In this document: positions 55,104-64,000 of the stretch, in pieces | How positions within the stretch are numbered: position 1 is the stretch's first letter | How the letters are laid out: each line of letters opens with the position of its first letter | DNA from: Podarcis melisellensis | Taxonomy: Eukaryota | Assembly (NCBI GenBank): GCA_964234715.1 | Contig: OZ174278.1 | Length of the DNA: 64,000 nt | Direction: 5' to 3' (one strand) | Position numbers and translations under genes: made by a program | Notes under the pieces: generated by a model | What the model was told of the DNA's origin: nothing | Database searches by the model: none | Seen by the model: the letters and a program-made list of their open reading frames with translations, nothing else

Positions 55104-57342
55104 AATTACCTTATAAAGCAGGAAGAAAAAAATGATAAGAATCTAGCAGAGTAAATATGCTTAGAATTACATTGCACATGTAACTAAGGGCTATGAAAGT
55201 CAGAAAATGTACAATGAATTGTTAACCATGAATCCTTAACAATGAAATTGAAAGAAAGCGGGTAAAAATACTATATTGCACTTTCCCGATTATGGCTACT
55301 AACCTGTTGCCGACCCTACTGAATTAGAAATGATTGGAAAGCACTCTGTATTGCCAAGTATGGGTGCCAAGCAGGCGATGGCTGAGGATCCTTTCACAGC
55401 CATGTTTTAAAGGGGCAGTGGCATGTGCAGGTTGCCATGCAAGAATGAAAAGCCTGCATGTGCTGAAACTCCAGCACTGTCAGACTTTGCATTTTGATCA
55501 CCTTAAAGAAGAAATATTCTCTAACGAAATATGCAGACATCCCACACTTAATATTTGTCTTCTAGCTGGTTATTCCTACATTACACATACCTCACATATA
55601 GTAGAACCCTAAAACACATCTCAGTGTTTTGATAATATTAAGATAAAATGAGAAAAATGGTAGTGCCTTTTGAGTGGGTTTGGGCATTCTAAGCCCCTGT
55701 AAGTGGTTAAAATCTCATTGTGGTGTTCCTGAATATAAAAGGGTCAGATACTGTATCTGGTTCCTCTGATCTCAACTGAATAACACTATCAGCAGCTGAC
55801 TGCTTGCTTCTGCATTGGTTTTGTAAGCAGCAGTCTAAGTTAGCAACCAAAAATTTATGAGCCACAATAATTTAAACGGTTGTTGCATGTATTATGGATG
55901 TTTTTATTGGTCTGCTTGTAACATGCACTGCAAAGTTCACTTCCTAGCAGGCTTCTATACAGTATAATATGTCTAGAGGATGGCCGTAAATAGGTGAAAT
56001 GGTGGCTCCAACATCACAACTTGTGTTGGGGTCTTAGCCCATAACTGGATCCATTGCTGGCAAAATTATACAATGAAGAACCCTTGCCATGTCACCATGG
56101 AGGTACAGCACTGGGCAGCCACAGTTTTTCTGTCAAAAAGGACTAAGTGAACTTGAGACAAAGCTGTTATCCAGGAAGGTGGGTAGAAGATGTTTCATGT
56201 TGCAGAGGTTAAGCAAAATAGGTTTGCCTAGCCCAAGCCTGCCATAATTCAGAAGTTGCTTTATCTGTAGCAGTCAGAGACACTGTTTAGTCTTTGGGCC
56301 TATAGGCCTCAAAGTTCCAGTTCTAAATAACAACCTTCCTGCAGGAAGTAAGTAAGTACGTGTTCTTATACTATACTATACCATGCCTTTGCTAATGTTA
56401 TTTATTTCTTTGGCTTCAAAGTAAGAACCAAAGCTAAAGAAATACCTACTATTTTACTTATTACATTGCCTCTAAAAAGTTTTAAATTAGTGCTGAGTAT
56501 CTCTCTGGTAAATACCCAATGTATCGATGCAATTAATTAAAAGTGCTCAATCAAAATGCAGCCATAGAAACTCTCACTCTACTAAATGTAACAACAGAAC
56601 AGACCTTTACTCTCAATTTCTGTTCAGTATATCAATACTAATACTGCTATTCAATTTGCAAACACATATACAAATACGGGGTGGGGGGAGATAAATATAA
56701 TTTACAATTAAATCTTACTGTGGAAAACACCGAAGAATTTTTTTTACAGATTACAGAAACCATTAACAGGCAGCACCATACAATATTTTCATTTTTATTT
56801 GATGTGTAGCAAAACACTACTAAATAAAGAAGATTTTCATCAGATACTTTCCAATGCGGTTCAAGAAAAACAAGCTCAAAACTCCCTTCAATGCAAGGAG
56901 TTAGTTGAAGAGTTCTTTGAATTCTGGCCACAGATTTAATCAAGCTATTTTGACTCACATGTTGTTAACCTAACTTGTATCACACAGCAACTATTTTTGT
57001 TTAGTGGTTAGAAGCACCCTGTGACTTTTGTACCTTCCTCAACACATTAAAAAAAGTTTGTTGTGTTTAGTATTGTAGAAAACATGGAAAGAGAACATAA
57101 CATTTATTCTAAAGAAGATTGCAGAATACATGCAGATAAGAATTATTGCTTAATTTTCCATCTCCAAAATCCTACCCAGACATTTAAAAGTCTAGCTATT
57201 ACAAAATCATATAAGTGGTTACCAAAGTCAAATCTTAAGGAAGATCTACACGACACAAACTAAAACTAAACTAACAAATACCAGTTAATAGTGACCAAAT
57301 CCAATTCCTAAGCATCATAAAAGCTTCTGTACATTATTTTTT

Positions 57343-57692
57343 GGGATGCGGGTGGCGCTGTGGGTTAAACCACAGAGCCTAGGGCTTGCTGATCAGAATG
57401 TCAGTGGTTCGAATCCCCATGATGGGGTGAGCTCCCATTGCTCAGTCCCTGCTGTTGCCCTCCTAGTAGTTTGAAAGCAGTCAAAGTGCAAGTAGATAAA
57501 TAGGTACCACTCCAGCGGGAAGGTAAACGGTGTTTCCGTGCGCTGCTCTGGTTCACCAGAAGCGGCTTAGTCATGCTGGCCACATGACCCAGAAGCTGTA
57601 CGCCGGCTCCTTCGGCCAATAAAGGGAGATGAGCGCCGCAACACCAGAGTCGGTCATGACTGGACCTAATGGTCAGAGGTCCCTTTACCTTT
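57343..57692 (+). mobile_element. Sauria SINE, full length
   Basis: Same family as the 11697 copy in opposite orientation; TSD about ACATTATTTTT. Confidence 0.92.
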
Positions 57693-58510
57693 ACATTATT
57701 TTTATTATGTATTACATTATTATACAGTATAATGGTATTGCAATTGTTTTCAATATGTTTTATTGTTTTATCACTTGTTGTTTGCCACCCTGGGCCCTTT
57801 TAAGAGGACGGGTGGGATAAAAAATTAACAAATAAAATATAATCCATCATCATCTGAACCTTTCATGATTTTTAAAAATTTTCTAGTTGATAGCTTTAAT
57901 AATTTTTAAACAGTATTACTGTTCAAAAACTCAAAATATGCACATTGACAAAATGTGTTATATAAATGTTATAAATACATAAATAAAAGTTATGTAGTGA
58001 ATCAGCATGTGGTTTTCTGTTTTAGTGCAGCAACTCCAGGAATTGAAAGGACACTACAGGCATGGATTCATCACATTTTCATTATGTCCCAATTAAAGCT
58101 GACTCGCTAGAGTTCTGTGTTTAATGCCTTATAACTGTGAAACAAGACTCGGTTTCTTTGATAAGGCCTTACTCTATGTCTTAACACAGCTGAAGATCAA
58201 ATGTATTCAAAGGAATCAAACAGTGACACCTAACTTATGGCATTAGGGAACACAAGCAAGCAGAGATCTGTAATTTCCACATTCCACATATTCACAATAG
58301 CTGAAGGTTTGCTGTTAAGATTTATAAACTATTGTAAAGAAAAAGAAAAAGCTTCACAATAAATAACCGTTTTTTTGTTTTAAAAAATAGCTGCCACCTT
58401 TGTATGATACAAATTCATCTTCTTTAATCTTTCCATGTACCTACAATCATGATAGGGCTTTACAATCAGTCTAGACTCTATATTAATAACTGTCAATATG
58501 AGCAGAATAT

Positions 58511-58743
58511 AGGGTGGTATCCAACACTAGTCCTACTCAGAGTAAATCCACTGAAGTCAATGGATAGGACTAAGGTTCAATGCGTTGAATTCAATGAAGT
58601 CCTACTTAGAGATGACCCACAGAAATTAATAACATGTAGTCATATCCATCAACTTCAATGGAACTATGATTAGAACTAGCACTGCATACTACCTACTGAT
58701 ATCAATGGGTCTACTCCGAGTAGGACTTAGTTGAATACCACCC
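58511..58743. mobile_element. Palindromic MITE-like repeat, apparently with a nested copy
   Basis: GGGTGGTATCCAAC..AGTCCTACTCAGAGTA / TACTCCGAGTAGGACT..GTTGAATACCACCC. Confidence 0.65.
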
Positions 58744-59411
58744 ATAGCATTTATTTGAGATTAACCAACATGGAAGACAAGGGTATGATTTTGTGTGAAT
58801 CAAGAGATGAATTCTATTAAAGTTTGACTACTTACTTTTTTGAAAGAGCATATGACATGTACTTTACATTAAAAGAGGGTAGAGTAAACCAAAGAATAAC
58901 AAGCTAAAGCAATTATCCTTCGATTATTGTCCAAGATTATACTTCTAAGGCTTTCTGGCCTCACAACCTGTATTTTCTCACCTCCTACAGTAGGTTAATG
59001 AACAGTTTACTGAATTTCCCCCATCCTTATATCATACCCCTAAATCAAAATAACCAGAAAGTAATTCTATACCCCTTTATTATTGTGTAGATTATCACAT
59101 TTTTGTCTGGATAAAGAGCAAGACCAAGTTGTTGAACAGATAAGGTTTATTAAGAGGCATAGCTTGTACAATCAGCTCTCTCCTTTCAGTCTTAGAGCTG
59201 ATGTGTCCCCTTCCCTAGCAAAGTGACTACATAAACAACTATCTCTTAACAGCACTTCACTGCTGCTATATACACATTAGTCAAAAAGTTCCCCTTCTCC
59301 GTGAGCAAAACTCTTAAGAGAGAATCCCCCAGAATCTTTCTTCATACACTGCTAGTGGAGTTTAGAGATGTTTGAGCAGGGATTAGACATGTGAAAGTGT
59401 GGCTTCTAAAT

Positions 59412-59534
59412 CAGGTGTGGAGAACCACTGGCCCTCCAGAAATTGCTGAACCACAACCTCCAGCATTTCTGTTTGCTGGGTCTGATGGAAATTTTAGTTT
59501 AGCTTTCTGGTGTGCTAAAAGTTCCTCACACCTG
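59412..59534. mobile_element. Degenerate hAT MITE
   Basis: CAGGTGTGGAGAAC / GTTCCTCACACCTG termini. Confidence 0.6.
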
Positions 59535-59849
59535 CTTTAAATGTACCAAATACTCAGCAAAGAATGAGATTTCCGTAAACCTTTTATTAGCATCTATTAG
59601 TCATTAAATAAAGTTTGTACAGTCTACAGAGCAATTCAACCTCAAGTACTATCACGCTTACTGCAAAAATATTGAAAACAAAGCGAAAAGGAAACTATAG
59701 TTTGTACCTGTAATACTTTAATAGGAACATCATCACTGGCACCAGAGATGGTAGAAAGGCAGTTCAGAAATATCATTAGAAAGATAAAACAAATAATGAA
59801 TAATATTTAGGGACCAATCCACTCAAATGTGGGCACAGCACCCACACAT

Positions 59850-60306
59850 GGGCCCAGGTTGCATGTGATGCTAAACCATGGTTTAGCACTACATGCATGT
59901 GCTGGATGGAGCTTTGAGCAAACCTTCAGGCTCACATGCCCCCCTCCCCCCACGCACACCTGCCCTCTCCTGAATGGCCAGGAACTTGGGTAGCATTTAG
60001 TTTCACTATCCACTATTCCTAGCTCTCTGTTGCCAAAGATTTAAAACAAGTGGGCAAGTTAAAAAGCCAGCTTCAAAAAACACGAGTTGTACTGAAACAG
60101 ACTAGTTTGTTTTAAATCATGCTCTCTGGTTCCAATTTAATAAGCCAAGATTTGTGCAAAATTATCTAAACACTGCATAACTCCTTGTCCCAGTCAAGTT
60201 GGAGGAGAAGAGGGAGAAGTGTGAGAACTTGAGGCTTACATGGGTTCGTTCTAGCTCATACATGTGGTATTAAAGCATGGTTTTAGCATTACTTGCAAAC
60301 AAGCCC
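59850..60306. mobile_element. MITE with GCTAAACCATGGTTTAGC subterminal palindromes (related copy at about 15509-16036)
   Basis: Imperfect TIRs GGGCCCAGGTTGCATGTGATGCTAAACCATG / CATGGTTTTAGCATTACTTGCAAACAAGCCC. Confidence 0.6.
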
Positions 60307-60729
60307 ATTGAGTCTCACAGCACTAATAGAGCTCTGTTTTCATCATTCCCTACCACAGTAGTACTGACTTTTGTAGGTGCACGGGAGCACGGCAGAGCCT
60401 TGGAGACCTATGCATACCTTCCACATTTTCACTAAGCCCTCCCTCTTTGTGCCATGCAAGTTACTCAACTGGATCAAGCCCTATGTTTTATGAAACATTA
60501 AAAATACATATCATCAAGGGTCTACAGAGGCCCAACTGCACTCTCCTGTGCATTGAACCTGCACTCAACTGGAACAATAAATAGCAGATGTTATGGAAAC
60601 AAATGCATTTAATACATAGCCTGTGGAACACATGCATTTATTGTAGCCTTATGTTCTAGCTTCTATTTTAAAAAATGTGGCTGTGGAGATAAATACATCA
60701 GCAACGTATTTTAAAGGATCATAAATTCA

Positions 60730-61059
<330 letters not shown>

Positions 61060-61821
61060 TCAAAATATAAATAAAATTATTATAGCTTTACAAATATAGC
61101 ATAGGAATTGTACTCAGGTTGTTTTTGAGACCATTTTAAGGTCCAAGGCTGCAATCTTACATACACTTTACTAGGAATAAGCTCTGTTGGATACAGTAAG
61201 TGTTACATTTGAGTAAATCTAGGATTTCACCATTAGTCCCTAGAAATAGTAGACCACCTCCCTCTCTCAGCCAAATGGATTATCAATTGACAAGGAATTG
61301 GAGAGAAAAAAGGTGTCTTGCCGGGTGTCATCCTGTAACCAACCACAGATATGATTTATAGACTTCTGCTGCTCTCCTAGACTTATGGATTAGTGCACAA
61401 AATATCTAAATCCAGTGGTTCATTTCCTAGTTTCCCTCCATAGCAGCCCTTTCTGCATGCAGTATCTACTATTGGATCAAGCACTATCATATGATGTATG
61501 CAACATGCACATATTAGCTGCATTTGGACTTCACATTATATATGGTTTAATGAGACACCTGCTTCGAGGCTTACACCTTATTTTTAACTATCAAAGCTAA
61601 TAAACTTCTTCTCCATAACACTGTCCAGTTCTTTATTAAAATCAACTCAACTAGTGGTCATCACTACATCTTATGGAAATTAATTCCCTGTTAATTATGC
61701 ACCACATGAGAAAACTTTTCTCTGTCATGAACGTAATATATGTATGAGAATATATATATATGAAAGAGATTAATACTAGGGTTTTAAGGGAGGAATAATA
61801 TTTGTTTATTCTGACTAGATT

Positions 61822-62190
61822 AAAGGTAAAGGTAAAGGTACCCCTGCCCGTACGGGCCAGTCGTGTCCGACTCTGGGGTTGCGTGCTCATCTCGCTCTAG
61901 AGGCCATGAGCCGGCACCATCGAAGACACTTCCGGGTCATGTGGCCAGCGTGACGAAGCTGCAGCTGGCGAGCCAGCACCAGCGCAGCACACGGAAACAC
62001 CGTTTACCTTCCCGCTATAAAGCGGTCCCTATTTATCTACTTGCACTTAAGAGTGCTTTCGAACTGCTGGGTGGGCAGGAGCTGGGATCGAACGGCGGGA
62101 GCTCACCCCGCCGCAGGGATTCGAACCGCCGACCATACGATCGGCAAGTCCTAGGCACTGAGGTTTTACCCACAGTGCCACCAGTGTCCC
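61822..62190 (-). mobile_element. Sauria SINE, different subfamily
   Basis: (ACCTTT)3 tail, same head, extra internal segments; TSD CTGACTAGATT. Confidence 0.9.
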
Positions 62191-63739
62191 TATAGATCTA
62201 GTCCCTGACTAGATTGCCCACAATTTATTTTGCCCCCTCTTAGTTGCCTTTTCGAAACTATGTAAAGCAGTTTTGGACACAGAGCAGTCAAAATTACAGT
62301 GTTCAAATGAGAGTTCATTGCACTGGAAATCTTGAACTGAAGGATGGAATAGAAATGTTTTAAATGAAGAAACTAAATGTTTATCTTTTAGGAATTCCTA
62401 ACATTGAATTTGCCTTTTGTCTGCTCCAATTCTAAAATTTCCAATGAGCACTCTACCAATCACTTCAAAATTGTTTCTTTAGTAAACTGTAAGCTCCTTG
62501 AGGCAGAGAACTGTATTATGTTCTTTTGCAAAGTATCATACACAGTGATGATGCTATGCTGCTGATAATTATCATAGTCTTAATCTTCCAACTCTCCTAG
62601 TTTTGACTGTTGGATTTATCTAGCTTTTAAATGCTAATCTGCTGAAGACTAATTACACTGAATTGTATAAATTTCAATTGATAGTGTATCATTTTCATTT
62701 TTTGGTAAACTACTTTGGGAGGCTGTATGTGTGAAAGGTGGCATATTAATGTTTAATAACATTTCCCCTAGGGACTAGTACTCACCTATGCAATCCCACA
62801 TGTTCATTCTGAAGCAACAATGGTATTTAAATTCATCACTATGTTATTTTCCCCATGCTGCAATTTACTTTGCCCAGTGGATGGCACTCTTCTACTCTGT
62901 ACTAAACTAGCGCCAAAATAAGTGTTACTACATACAGAATGGTGTGAAAAATCTGGATTTTTAAAGATTTGCAGATTAACATATACCATACTTCTGGAAA
63001 ACTACCTTTTATGAAACTACCTTTTATTCAAAACAGAGCTGAAAAAGGAATAGTGAATAAAAGACCCAAAATTTATTCCATGTGTAAGAATACATCCTAG
63101 TTTTCAGTTTGCTTATTATTTACTGAACTTGTACACCTTTCACCCAACAAGGGTTTAAAGACTGTTTAAAGCAAAATAAAAACAAATTAAAAGCAATCCA
63201 GTTAAAGCCAATAACAAAAAACCACACAACATAAAAATCGACAGAACACAGTGGCAATTATGGAACATAAGACAGCAACTGAACTAACAAGTGTCTCAGC
63301 CTGCCTACAGGACTCCAAAAGAGCCAAAATGCACATCTGATGGAAGAACTTTCCTCTATTTGAGGGATCAGGTTGACAGAAAGCTGAACTTTCATTTTGT
63401 TGCTACATCTAAATTGACCCACTTAAACTTAGAGTCCTCATAGAAAAACAAAGCAGCAGCACCATTAACAGCTTCAACTGATCAATGTGGACCCCATCTG
63501 ACTATTTGGGTTGTATGCCCAGAACAATTACTTAGTAGTGCTGCAGCAGCTGGTGGAACCAATTTCAGTGCAACATCCACATTTCCTTTACACAGCATCA
63601 TAAAACAGATATTGCTTGATTCCTGAAATAATTTACATGCAGGTAAGCAATACAAGGTGGAATAACTCTTCAAAGCAAACTTTGGTGGTATGCATTTTCC
63701 CATTTTCAGGGAAGAACTTACATTCATATCAGCCTGCAC

Positions 63740-64000
63740 ACACTTTAAGACTGACAGTGGAGGCTCATTGCATGTGCCTGCCTCCAACATGGGCAGGACC
63801 TTATCTGTAGTGGTCCCATGTCTCTGGAATGCATTACCAACTACACTTCAGCACCCACCATTCCCTCAGGTACTTGGGAAAGCATAAAAAACCCAACTTG
63901 CTTTTGTTGGATTTTTCTTGAGTTGCTTTTATTCTCCTGTTTACAATCTTGTTGAATGCTTTATTTTGCATTTTAGTATTTGGACTGGAAGTTCACCGTC
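63740..64000 (+). mobile_element. L2-like 3' remnant
   Basis: RTLSVVVPCLWNALP motif. Confidence 0.55.

Overview
This is AT-rich vertebrate genomic DNA, most likely from a lacertid or other squamate lizard, inferred from Sauria SINE, Squam3-like, Bov-B, CR1 and L2 content. The whole window lies inside CASK on the minus strand. Twenty coding exons (5-24 by human numbering) are recovered with GT-AG boundaries and one continuous reading frame. They cover the C-terminal CaMK domain, both L27 domains, PDZ, SH3, HOOK and the start of the GK domain. An intact single-exon GPR34 CDS is nested antisense in CASK intron 5, but no intact GPR82 ORF is present where mammals have one. Introns carry SINEs, LINE fragments and many hAT, Tc1-mariner and Harbinger-like MITEs. 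The most notable unexplained items are: a perfect 78-bp-arm palindrome about 0.9 kb upstream of the putative GPR34 first exon; candidate in-frame CASK microexons in the PDZ-SH3 linker intron (the best has a downstream TGCATG); and an inverted repeat pair bracketing exons 11-12. Nothing here amounts to a clearly new multi-gene system. Family names are recognised from memory, not from database searches.
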